The notes under the pieces were generated by a model. It saw nothing but the letters and a program-made list of their open reading frames with translations, was not told where the DNA came from and ran no database searches. DNA of 60,283 nucleotides, counting the filler, from Circinaria calcarea (Eukaryota): NCBI GenBank assembly GCA_051942165.1. It is 10 parts of 10 records of this genome, joined end to end, with 100 filler letters (N's around TTAATTAATTAA, not from the genome) between each part and the next. Parts side by side here need not be neighbours in the genome. Positions count along the whole stretch, not along the records: positions 1 to 5,950 come from JAVECS010001730.1; positions 6,051 to 11,995 come from JAVECS010001731.1; positions 12,096 to 18,039 come from JAVECS010001732.1; 7 more parts are not named here. One strand, given 5' to 3'. The position numbers and the translations under genes were made by a program. The stretch's first letter is position 1; each line of letters starts with the position of its first letter. Of this stretch, positions 1 through 13,728 are shown piece by piece.

Positions 1-1165
1 GAGAACCCAGGGCGGGGCCTTGAGACGCATCACCCTGCTGATGAAGGCTTGCACAGATTTGGAAAGAGAGGGGTACCCTTCCGAGTTCCGTATGAAAGTT
101 GCAGAGGTCATCGAGAGTAAACGTATGGGCTCCGAGTACCACCTTGACTGGATTGGCAAAGGTGGGAGATGTCGAGGTATTGATAGGGCTGACCATTACA
201 AATTAGCTATTAGTTGACGAGCAGCTATACTATTGGAAAATGTGACATAGGAACTAAAGGGAAACTACCTAACATCCATCTATCCACCCTCTATAAAGCC
301 CCAGTCGCGCACAGACCGAAATGACTTGCAATATCTTCAGGAGTAATATTGGGATAATGAATGCTTCGATTATCTCTTACCTACAAAAAGCTTATTGCTA
401 TATTTACATACCGTCCGTATGACATTCCATGCATCCCATGTCCCAAATATATCCGCCATACGGGGTCTACTTTCTTCAGACTCCCCGAGATATTCCTCTC
501 GCGGGAATCGGGCCAGACTACCCACATCCTCTTCCCTTCCCTCATCAGGGTGATCAATAAAGGGTAGCATGACGTGGATTTGTAAATGGCTACCCATGGT
601 GAGAGCTTCCTGTACTGCCCGGGCGTACTGTGCTAGACCATGTGTCCGGACGTCACCATGATATAGTCTCGGGGCTGAGAGAAAGACATACTCTATTCCA
701 CAAAAGGCTGCATAAGCGACTTCTAGATTTAAGACTTGGCGGGAGATATCGTAGATTAAAGGATCAGGGGAGCACAAGTCAATCCACGGGCTGACCATGG
801 CAAGAAGTTGGGGGGTAGCGTTTCCTGGGGTTAGTGGTGTATCTGTCACAGATAGAGGGGACACCTTGGGTGCTGAACGCTGGAGACTTTGCTCCTCGAC
901 CTCAGAGATGGAGGAGAATTCCGCGTTGTGCGTGGACAGCAGTGCCAATACCCGACTATGGAAGCTGTCGGTCGTAATCGGTGTGCTCAACATATCATAC
1001 TGTGACTCTCGGTCAGAGGTGCTTGGACGGGGCAAGAGGGCTACTTGCATTACAGTCATGCGCCTGTCGTAAGACATGCTCTGTAACGGGTAGCTGCCGC
1101 TTGCTTTCATGTTGACCGACATAAAATGTCGGCATCCAGTCATCTTCTAGCAATTCCGCCTCCAT
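1..1165 (-). CDS. PRMT5: Protein arginine N-methyltransferase PRMT5/Skb1/Hsl7, 5' part (truncated at contig edge)
   Basis: Exons 1165-1049 (MEAELLEDDWMPTFYVGQHESKR...AHDCN), 999-381 (YDMLSTPITT...SPWIDLCSPDP...LEVAYAAFCG...WDAWNVIRTVCKY) and 188-1 (ALSIPRHLPPLPIQSRWYSEP), typical of the fungal PRMT5 TIM-barrel N-terminus. Introns 1048-1000 (GC-AG) and 380-189. Confidence 0.9.
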
Positions 1166-1661
1166 TTTGGATAAAAATACGTCTTGAAAGATGGTTACTT
1201 GCTAGACAGCGTCTCGAACATGGAAGGTCCAAGATCTTAGAGAATCAATTATATCTTCCTGAAATTGGAGGAGGCGCGTTCGAAAGGAAGTGAATCTGGC
1301 TAGCTTTCGATCGAGTTTCTAACCGAAAGTTCGTAGACGCAGAGACATTACCTGCACAGAAGAGAAGAAAGCACAAGCATACCGTACTTTTAAACTGCTA
1401 AATACGAATAGAAGAAATGATGAAGGGGGACGGAATATTAATATTGCACCTTGCTTCAACATTCCCTCCCTCCCTTTAGACGCAGGGCAAGCGGCAAGCG
1501 CACAATCCCGTTCGGCCCGAACTAAGCGAGCCATGCAAGTATCAGCCCTATGAGAGTTTGCATTTCAAGCTGCAAAAAGGCATCCCGTCATCAAACCTAG
1601 TCCACGTTCACCACTCCCACACACCCTACCCTACCCTACATTCCTCCAACATACTCTCACA

Positions 1662-4107
<2,446 letters not shown>

Positions 4108-4730
4108 TCGATCGGATGATAACTGCCTAGCTAATCATGTATATTACCTTGCATGCATAGATTCAAGGTAGTTATTGATCAGCAGGCATTGTTCCAGCTT
4201 CTATGACCCTGACTCCTTTTTAGCAATTGACAGTGCAACCATTGTCTGAACTGCTGTTCGCCCCCATTAACTGTCGACTTTGAATGGAGCCCGAAGAGGC
4301 AGACTCTAAGAATATCGATTCTTTGTCAATAACGGAGAGGGGATCAGATGCCGGCAAGGTATGTCTAGGGAAACTGGCGGTTGGAAGACAGAAAGCCCCT
4401 TTTTTTTCGCGATTTATTACCTTTGTTACCATCGACCACTACCTTAAAATAAGCGGTATTGAAACCCTCTACTTGTAATATTGCCATGTCCCAGCCCCTA
4501 TGCCAGGCACGCAATGAATCCAATCTCCGAAAATGACATTTGATAAGTTACGTCACCCCCCTCCCTTGTAACACCTACGTCCTCAACAAAAACGTACGAG
4601 GACTTGACGTAACCCTCATAATAAAACCAAACCAAAGAACATCCAAACATTCCTCCAACTCCCCATCTCATCCCTCTCCATCCACCCCAACAAGCTGAAA
4701 AGAGAATCCAAACCCTTCCTTCCCAAAACC

Positions 4731-4758
4731 AATAAGCAATAAGCAATAAGCAATAAGC
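4731..4758 (+). repeat. (AATAAGC)x4 heptamer tandem repeat immediately before a start codon
   Basis: aataagc aataagc aataagc aataagc a ATG(4760). Confidence 0.85.
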
Positions 4759-4759
4759 A

Positions 4760-5265
4760 ATGAGTTCCGAAATCAAAGATAAACAAGGCCAGCCGATCAA
4801 CGAAGGCGACACAGTCTTCACGCCCTTTAGAGGCGGCAAGCATGAAGGCGTGGTATGTTGGAAATTTAAGTTTTCATCTCATCCCTGGGAAAAATCCCCC
4901 CCTTTCCCCCTTTTTCTTTCCTTTTTCCCCTTCAAAGCTGCTCTATCTTCCTCCAACATCCCTAACGGTACCGAATTAGGTGGAAAAAATCGTGACGAGT
5001 GCGGAGGAAACGGCCGAGGTGGAAGGGGTACAGGTGAAGAATCCGCCCAAGGTGAGTGAGTTTTGTGCACTTTGAAGAAAAAAAAGGGGGGGGGGGGTGG
5101 TTTCAAGCGGGATTGGTGGGTCCAAAGAGAGTAGGTTTTCAAAACGGATATGTTTTGGACTGACGGATCCCCCGCGGGGAGGGGTGGGAACGGAATTAGG
5201 TCGTTTTTACAGATCAGCATGGGAAGCGGGTTGCGCATAACCCGGGGACGTTGACGGTGGAGTGA
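4760..5265 (+). CDS. Small 76-aa Tudor/SH3-like protein resembling the Hva1 (DUF2945) family
   Basis: Exons 4760-4852, 4980-5051, 5200-5265 splice in frame to MSSEIKDKQGQPINEGDTVFTPFRGGKHEGV-VEKIVTSAEETAEVEGVQVKNPPK-VVFTDQHGKRVAHNPGTLTVE*. Donors GTATGT/GTGAGT, branch sites CTAAC/CTGAC. Confidence 0.75.
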
Positions 5266-5950
5266 AGCGAGTGAGTTTTATCAAAAAAAGGGAGCCGGGG
5301 GGTGGGGAAGGGAAAGGGAGAGGAATGGGGTGAATGGGTTAATGAATGGTGAAGGAATGGTGAAAGGAGTGGGGAATCGGCCAGTCATCTCGAGTAGTGA
5401 TGAAGAGCAGTGTTCCTTGCTTGAGATTTCTTTCGAGATGGAATAAACATTCTCCTTTCCAGGGATACCTTCTTCGCATTCAACCGAGAATAAAAGAGCT
5501 AGTTTCGTAACTTGTATCTTCTCCCTCTGCCAACGTCTACGTTCTACAATCATACCTATGCCGCTGCCTAGAAAGATAGGACGGTATATATGATAGATAC
5601 CTCCTCCTCTCTCAAACCTCTCCTCCTCTCCTCGCCCCCCAAACTTAGAGCAAAGGGGAAAGTGGAGTTTGCATATGCCAGGTACGCATCTTAACGAGTT
5701 CAATTGAGTGGAAACCTAAACCTAAATCTAAAGTACTTTTTATCATTTGGGTGTTTAGTAGGGAAAGGGGAGAGTCCTCACTACTACTATCTATTTGTGC
5801 TTTGGAGAAGGAGGAATCCCTTACAAAGTCCAAATCTAATTCTTATTCGATTTCCCCCCCTTTGGACAAACAGCAGTAGGGAGAGTCCCCCATACGCACA
5901 GCGCTTCTAGACTCCAGTCTCCCAGTCGAAATCCCAATTCCCTCCCCCCC

Positions 5951-6050
5951 NNNNNNNNNNNNNNNNNNNNNNNNNNNNNNNNNNNNNNNNNNNNTTAATT
6001 AATTAANNNNNNNNNNNNNNNNNNNNNNNNNNNNNNNNNNNNNNNNNNNN
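5951..6050. other. Artificial contig spacer (N44-TTAATTAATTAA-N44); same spacer at 11996-12095, 18040-18139, 24081-24180, 30121-30220, 36160-36259, 42193-42292, 48224-48323, 54255-54354
   Basis: Nine identical 100-bp spacers with a six-frame stop linker; genes are cut at the spacers. Confidence 0.98.
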
Positions 6051-6051
6051 C

Positions 6052-6405
6052 CCGCTCGCTATCTCTCCCTCCCCTCCAGCGCACGATGGAGGTCCTCAGC
6101 TGAAGGTGTACGGCATACCCCTCAAGAAGAACAGCTACGTAAGGGTCTCGGACATCTATACCATTCACACGAGCGTCTTGGAACCCTATAATGGGATCCG
6201 ATCCATAGCCACCTCCCGACTATCCTCCAAGAGCCTTGACCTCGTGCTGTCTTCGACAACGGAGTCCAGAGAAGAGCATGTCGAAAGGCGTCGGCGAGTC
6301 ACTAGGGCCTGGCTACGCCGAACCGTCGCTGGACCCTACGTACCCTCCCCTTCTCATGCTGTTTACCGCATGCCACAGCTTTCAGCCGGCGTATTAACTT
6401 GCTGA
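6052..6405 (+). CDS. 3' part of an uncharacterised fungal protein, PemK/MazF-like motif order (paralog A, 5'-truncated)
   Basis: Open from the contig edge: PLAISPSPPAHDGGPQLKVYGIPLKKNSYVRVSDIYTIHTSVLEPYN...RLSSKSLDLVL. Aligns by eye with the 8949-9353 ORF. Confidence 0.55.
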   Translation, partial: PLAISPSPPAHDGGPQLKVYGIPLKKNSYVRVSDIYTIHTSVLEPYNGIRSIATSRLSSKSLDLVLSSTTESREEHVERRRRVTRAWLRRTVAGPYVPSPSHAVYRMPQLSAGVLTC

Positions 6406-7300
6406 GGTACATGTACCTCCTTCGGCATGTCAACGCTCTTCGATGGGTCAACTTTTTCCGGTAGCTTCGCCTTCGCCCCTGACTCCACCTTTCTCGATAC
6501 CTCAGTCCCCATCGCCATCTCAGCTCCTGTCACTATTTGACCATTCATGGATATCTCTTCCACTACCATCTCTCTTTAGGCCACTATCTGCCGCAACGTC
6601 GAGCCCTTCCGTCATTTCAATTTCTCTCGCTATCTCGACATTTTATTTTCTACAGTCGCCTCCGCATTCTCGACCTCCGCCGATATCTCCATCTTGCGCA
6701 AATTTTACAATCACCCGAGATTAATAATGAGATCAGACACCAACAATACGCCAGGACGGCTTCTATGTTACTCTATATCAAAGTTGCGTATCTAACGCCA
6801 CTCATTGCAATGGTTTTTCTACAAAATCCGCTGCAGGCGCTACCTTCTTCCCCACCTCCGCACTTTTGGCCATATTGACACTGTCACCGTCATCCCATCC
6901 TCTACCGCCTTCTTCACCTCCTTCGCCACTCCACCCTTTGCCATCTCATCCTCCACGGCTATCTGTGGACACCTTACGCTTCTTCGTCATCCTCCTCTCG
7001 ATCTTCTTCGCCATCTCGACATTTTGCAAAGGGGAAAGCTCAAGCTAAGGAGAGACTTGAATATATGGACAAAAAGAAGTGCGGGGTGGATATCGTGTCA
7101 AATACCGTCTCCCGCGAAAAGAGGGGAAAGAATACAAGTACCGTCATCGGTACCATGATATACCGTCTTGACGTCCTCCCCCGTTTCACTCTCTGCCGCC
7201 ACTTTGTCGATCTCACCCTTAATCCACCTCGATCTTTTCGCCATCCCATCCTTTGTACCACCCCACCCTGTTCACTACCACCATTTCGACGCCATTCGTC
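6363..7300 (-). pseudogene. Decayed coding-like region with E/M/K/V-rich internal repeats
   Basis: Minus-strand peptide fragments NVEMAKKIE, NVEIAREIE and EMAMGTEVSRKVE interrupted by TGA/TAG stops. Direct repeat cgc(c/t)atctcgacatttt at 6628-6644 and 7009-7025. Confidence 0.3.
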
Positions 7301-8380
7301 ACCTCACTCCAGGGAGAAGAAATACCACGACTTCAGATCTATATAGGGGTATATACTCTCATTCCAGTGGAGGATCACCTAATTAGCTTTGACGAGCAAA
7401 CTCGCAGTAGCTCTAAATACCCACGAACCCGAATAAATGCCCCAGATTCAAGCCACTTCAGAAGTCAATCAGCCAAGTGATCTGCCCAACGAAGTCGGAG
7501 ACGCACGCTCAGGACCTACCAACACCGTCACAGACAATCGAGAAGGTTGTTTGATGGCTTACAACGCTCAGTCCCATCACCGGACGAAAGACATGGTCAT
7601 CGAATATAACCGGCTCCAAAGACGATCCAGAATAGAACGTTACTAGGGGATATACCTCTAGATCAACGGCGTGTGCCCACACGCTGTTTCTAAAACGTTA
7701 GGACCGACGAAAATTCAAAGTCAACGTCTAGCCCCACAGCATAGGAAGCACAAACTTCATAACCCTAATTTCGCCCGCTACGACACTTAAGTTCTACACA
7801 CCCAATCTCAAGCCACAAAAGTCGTAACCACAGTCGAAGTGGCAGCATTAGCTCATACCACCAACCCCTTTCTCTGATATCTTTCCTATTGGTCTTGCTG
7901 ACTCTTTAAATGGGAACACGTAGTTGTAACATTGGAAAAACTAAGAAAATATGCGTGTGCTGTTTGAACTTTATGGTATATCATATGAATGCTATTATTC
8001 GAGACGTGAAGGGTCCTTGGACGCACAGCTCTCGCTTAATGTATAAAACGCGCAGATTGCTTGAAGCTGGTCATTGAGACCAGCGCTGTTACAAACACAA
8101 CAAGAAACATGGCACTGCTATGTAATACGCGCCCATATATGGCGAAATCCTTGGAAACACATCCAAATAAGACGAAAAAGTAACTCCCCGGGGATTTTAC
8201 CATTGAACTCCCTAACTATTGATATGGGTGCTCGAGGTAGGAGTTTCTGGGGGTTTTTGTTTGGGATCGCGGCTTGGGTGCGTTGCTGGAGGGAGTGGGA
8301 GAGTAGGACAAGGAGGCTGTTCGGGCGAATATAGGTTCTTACAGCTAATTCGATTTTGGTGGTGGGATTTGTGCCACGCT

Positions 8381-8440
8381 GGTGATGACGATGACGGTGA
8401 CGATGACGACGATGACGATGATGATAATGATGATGGAGGA
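8381..8440 (+). repeat. Imperfect (GAT/GAC)n trinucleotide microsatellite
   Basis: ggtgatgacgatgacggtgacgatgacgacgatgacgatgatgataatgatgatggagga. Confidence 0.85.
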
Positions 8441-8642
8441 GATGAGCGTTTGTCTTGCCTTGTATACGTGGCTGATGTGTCATACTGAGATGGACCATCC
8501 CGTCTTGTTTATTATAAGTAATCTCATTTCAATATTTGATGCCAAGTCGAAAACTTTCTTCTAAAGGCCTTGTCTCGATTACTTAAGTGCTTGGTTGATA
8601 TCGGACTTGATAACAACCCGTGTATAATTTCCAAGCCTCAAC

Positions 8643-9353
8643 ATAGCCGACTCCCTTGCCTTGCATATCAGCAATATCAAACCAAGAGATGTCCTGAAGT
8701 TAAGACGCCGTAGCAAGATTGAAGACTGCAGACATGTGACCGACTCCAAAGTCCCGAGTAAAGTTCTCGGCCATCCCGTTCTTGTTATAGAGAAGCTTCC
8801 AAGTAAGCCGGACTACTTGCAAATCTGCATGGTACACCTGTCTTCTCACGCTCAAGCAGAAGAGCTATCTATCCGTTGCTGAAGAACGATTCTAGATAAC
8901 ATCCTTTGGCGGAGAGACGCCCAAAATACAGAGCCGAGGATAAAATGCATGTCCATCTTTCCGCAAGACGCGCTGGCCAACGGTATTCTCTTGTACACGA
9001 AACGGGAACTCGACAGAGAAAGCTACCTACAAGTTTCCTCCCCTTACGGAGCCCATATCAGTCTTCTCGAGAAATATGACACCAACAGGTCAGTAGGGAG
9101 CCATAGACTCGAGAAGGAGAGCTTTGAGATCGTGGCTAGACAACTCGAGTGTGATCGGCGGCAAGAATCGTTCCTTCAGACTAGCTGGAGTACTCCTGAA
9201 CAAAGCAGAAGAGTCTCTGCAGCTGATCCCACTGTTCCTCCAACCGGAGGTAACATACAATGTCGATATGCCGATGCACCTTCGTACTTCCCCTCCTCCA
9301 GTCCCTTCGAGGACGCTCCAAGATCGAGAGATTTTGGAAAGAGGTACTGGTAG
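8643..9353 (+). pseudogene. Paralog B of the PemK/MazF-like fungal family, apparently disabled
   Basis: Exon 8643-8831 (IKPRDVLKL...LGHPVLVIEK...LQICM), intron 8832-8895, then ITSFGGET. A frameshift is needed to reach MSIFPQ...NGILL...LDRESYLQVSSPY...RLEKESFEIV. The putative start reads ATA in a caacATAgcc context. Confidence 0.55.
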
Positions 9354-10008
9354 GTAAACGATCGCAAGTTCAAGTTATGTACAGACGCCCGCCATTCAGG
9401 TCTCCTTTATTCACCCAGTTTCTCGGAAGCTGTCATACAACCGAGGGGATCCACGACCTGGTGGGAATACGCTAGCATACCAGAAACCCGGTCACGTCCG
9501 AGAGGTCAGCGTCCAGGTCTCCTTCCTGCTTCGCAAGTCACTCGCCCGTGGTTTTCTGCAGCCGAATGCTTCTACCTCCTCGCTAAGGGGTTCGTACTTG
9601 GCCTTGGCTCCTGCTTATTTGCCCTTTTTGTGCACTGCGCGTTGAGCAGGCAGACATGATATATTCACGGCTTCATAACTGTTCTCTGCGCTGTCATGTT
9701 TGCTTGCTGCTCTTACTTATTAACCCCGTCGAAGGGCGGTTCGAAGTATGTTAGATATTTGTAGAAACCCAGTTCGATATAAAATTGGATAGCTTTGTTG
9801 GGTATTGGCTTACCTCAGCGGGTGAGATTCTTGAGTAGTTTTTCCTCTTTGACTAAATGTGATATAATAGATGGCTTTCTACAAACCGTCGAAGCAACGT
9901 GATCACGTAAGATGTAGCCCAGGGATCTCAATCACATAAGAGAAGAGCATCAAAAGCCCAAGGAACAGTGGACCAAGTTCTTAATATTTAATGGGAATTT
10001 ACCTCTTA

Positions 10009-10769
10009 TCATGGTTTACTTTCATTCCGCTCCACCAAATCGCCCACACCCAACCCCCTGCCCACCTTGACTTTCCTCTTCCTCGTCTTTCCCTTCTCCT
10101 TATCCTCCCTCTTGCCAACGTCTCCCACCTCCTCCCCTTCATCCTCCGCTTCGCTTTCTTCCGCATCCATCAGCTCCTCTCTGATGAAGCCCAGATCCAG
10201 CTTCATACAATAAGCGTCTTCTCCATCGGCGTAATATTTCGGCTCCACCTTCTCAACTTTGAACCCTAAGGTGTCGCGGTAGAGACGGAGCGCAGCGATG
10301 TTGGCGAGGCGGACATGGAGGGAAACGTATTGAGCACCGAAGGATTCGACCATTGCTCGTTCTGTATATGGAACAGTCGTTAGTACAAGTAACTCGTCAC
10401 CCTAAACTCGAACCTGGTCCTGCTTAGGAATCAAGCACTATATAAATATCACTCACGACTCTGCCTCATCAATTTTTCCGCCAGGCCTAACCGTCTATGT
10501 GTCCTCATTACACTCAGACTCGTGATATGCCCATGCTGCATCCCGTCCGTGGGCTCCTCCTCCATCTTCGCAAGTACATAGCCGACGATCTTGGGGGCGT
10601 CATAGGGTGATCGTTTCGGGGAGGAGGTGTCAACTGCTACATAGGAGAGTGTGGGCCATGAAAGGGCGTGGTACAGGTAGTATTTGAGAAAGTAGTTTTC
10701 TGGAAGGTTATTGATGTTTGTGGATTGGACGGAGGGGATGTCGGCGGGGCGAAGGAGGCGGATGTCCAT
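10009..10769 (-). CDS. ARD1: NatA N-terminal acetyltransferase catalytic subunit Ard1/NAA10
   Basis: [48 protein letters not shown]. Exons 10769-10457 and 10361-10009. Confidence 0.96.
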
Positions 10770-13728
10770 TGAGAGATTACCAAGAAGACCGTGTTGGGAA
10801 GGGATGATAGATATTAACTATTTTTTTCCCTAGGGTTTCTCTATGAACTCGGATCTTGATATGATGAACTACTCGAAAATATGGCTACAAAAAGATATGC
10901 TAAGGTTCATCAGGTTCGGCCCTCGGTGTATTATAGGGCCGGGATATAGTGGCAGGTATCAGACTACACGGCCCTCAGATAGGGAGAGGTGCATAGAAAG
11001 CAACTGTCTTTGAGCATTTGAGGCAAGACGTGTTGCTATGAGGGCTAAGATCATGAGGAACTCCATCTACTTTCATTTACTGGTTCTTCATGTTTGAATT
11101 TGAGCTTTGATGATCCAAAGATCGCAGCAATAAGGGTAGAGGATACCGAATAGCAAAGGTGGTACATTTCTATGTACTCTGTATATGATAAATTAGCCAA
11201 TTACCGATTAAACAGTCCATTGATGCTGAGTTTACGAATGGTAGCTCCCGCTTGCGCAATCGCCTCCATTTGGCAATAAACACCGAAGGTGCTACAAGTT
11301 CGGAAGTTGAGATTTGAGACACAGCTATCAAGTACGACAATGGAGAGACGATCTTTCACGGGACGCCGATAGCCTCTCTTCAATAGACAGCCGAGTATGG
11401 TAGGGACCTCCTCACAGTTTCAGCTCAGTTTCAGCTTTGCTGCCATGGACTATTACAGTAGAATACTGTGTGGCTGGGAAATCCATTTGAGGAATATAAT
11501 AAAGTGGATCCCAAGCGTAATGTTCCAAAACGAGTCAAGACTTTTTGCTTCTTTCGGTATAGGCATATCGTGGACCATATTGGGGGTCGTGTTTCAGCCC
11601 AACCCCTAAGGCTCGAAAAAGAGGGTGGCTGGACTAGTAGCTGCAGCCTTGTAGGGCTTATCGCGATAGCAGTCGCGAAAATGGGAGCTATAAGTTCAAT
11701 CTTCGAGCTGCATCTTTTCTACGCAAACACATATCCACCTCTACTTTCTGTAGTCCACTTCTCATTTCCTTGATCCAATCCAGCGCTCATTATCTGCACC
11801 TCTACGAGTCTTTACTGAGCATCCTGGACATACCTTCGGCGCATGACAATCGAACACTGTAACTTTCCATTCCAAGCACGTCCATTCCCACTTGTCCTTT
11901 TTGCAACCACTTGCTATTTCCTTGAGCCAATTTACGGCTCACAACCTGTACGTCTAAGAGCCTTTGCATACGCGTCTCTGATTGAACGAATTGCGNNNNN
12001 NNNNNNNNNNNNNNNNNNNNNNNNNNNNNNNNNNNNNNNTTAATTAATTAANNNNNNNNNNNNNNNNNNNNNNNNNNNNNNNNNNNNNNNNNNNNGGGGG
12101 AAGAATCGTCAACGATATATCACTCGACACTCTCTGCATATAATTTGTATTTTATTTATCTTTCGATTTAAGCGTAACGAGTACACAAACCTTCAACCCC
12201 TTCCACACTTCTCCTTCTTCTCCTCCTTATAGTATAGGGAGCAAGAGAAATCAATCCCACCAAGCACCCGTTTTTGCGTCCGGGGCCCCAAAGAACCCGG
12301 CGGTCTAGAAGATTGCCATCAGATGTTCTTTAAATTATATTACAAGTGCTCCAGCTGGACTGCTAGGTTATCTAGATGGTCAAAGATACGGCATTATAGT
12401 TCTCGTGTACGGCGCATTGTGACGATGCCGGCCCGCCAGCCAAAACGATGGTTGGCGAAAAAAGGGCAATCGCGTCCTTTTCACCGGTAGGATATTTCTT
12501 AATTGACGAATCTCTAGTGTAAAGTAGATTAGACCAACTGCCTTTGTGCAATACAAATAAACACCCAATAAGCATTGTAGGCGCGATAGAGTGGGTGTAA
12601 CCTAGGTAGCTGCTTGCAAGATCTCTAGAGATATCTCCGTTATGGTCAACGTTAACTATTAATACCATTCGACGTGTCAGCACTCCGAGAGTGGCTTGGA
12701 TCAAGCCACGCAATAAGACTTATTTAGTTTAGTGGGTCGGTCTCTGAAGATTATTGCCCCCAGCTGTGGCTCTTGACTGAACTGACCTCGGGTATCGGAT
12801 AATCTTGTCTGGAAAGCATAAGTCCAGGACAACAGTCAGTCAGTGATGGTACAGAGCATTGTGATACCATCAGTAGCGGCGGCCCCATGGATATCCGTAG
12901 ACGCTGTTCGAGTCTAAAGTTCAGAAGAAAGTCGTCAATCCTGAGTGAGTCGATTTCACGGGTCACGGCAAAGGATCAGCAAGCGGAATACCACGTGATA
13001 AGCGGTAACCCGAGCCAGATTAGCATAAGCAAATAGCTTCCCTCGCTTCCGCATGATGGCTAGACCCCCCTGGAGCCCTCGTGGCCGGTAGAGATGTATC
13101 AGGTACCTAGAACGCCATATGGTCAGGTCCAAGTCGGGCTGGGGAAAAACAGTCCATGTGCTCGCCGAAAAGAAATATATGCTTCATATACGGCACCTGA
13201 TTCGATTCACCGAATATGAGCCGAATAAAGGAAAAGGGATTCGTTGGTCGATTTTATTATCCGCACGGAATTTTTTTGCAGAAATTCTCCGTAAACCCCC
13301 TGATTAATCTCTTCCCCAGCTGGATGTCTCGCTAAAGCCCCGCGAATGAGACAGACCAGCCTCACTCCAGCTAGCGCGGGACCGAAAGTAGACTTGTTCA
13401 GGGTCCGGCCTCCGCCAAGCGATGCAATTCACCGTTCCTGCGCATCGACGCGGCTAAGGGAGAGAAGGCGCTTGGTGTTTGTAAGAATTAGGGATGTATG
13501 AGATTGAGAAGATCTAAGATGGGCCGATGGGAGTAGGGCCGTGGCCGATGTGTTTCTGCATTCATCTGGTTTCTCCCGCGTGCCTTTGTCCCTCTTTCAC
13601 GAACAGTCAGTCACTCGCTCACAGTTCGTTTATTTCTTCCGGCATCACATCTTGCGGGACAGCTCTCAGAGACGATTGAGCAGCAACACGATGATCTTTA
13701 ATTCCACTTCGCGGCAGACGGTTCCGAT

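Noticed and set aside
5995..6006. TTAATTAATTAA recurring about every 6 kb
   Set aside because: Always embedded in N runs; synthetic six-frame stop linker, not a biological repeat or CRISPR.
7760..7768. TAACCCTAA, matching a telomerase-RNA template or telo-box
   Set aside because: A 9-mer is expected about 0.5 times by chance in 60 kb on two strands; no pseudoknot or CR4/5-like element recognised nearby.
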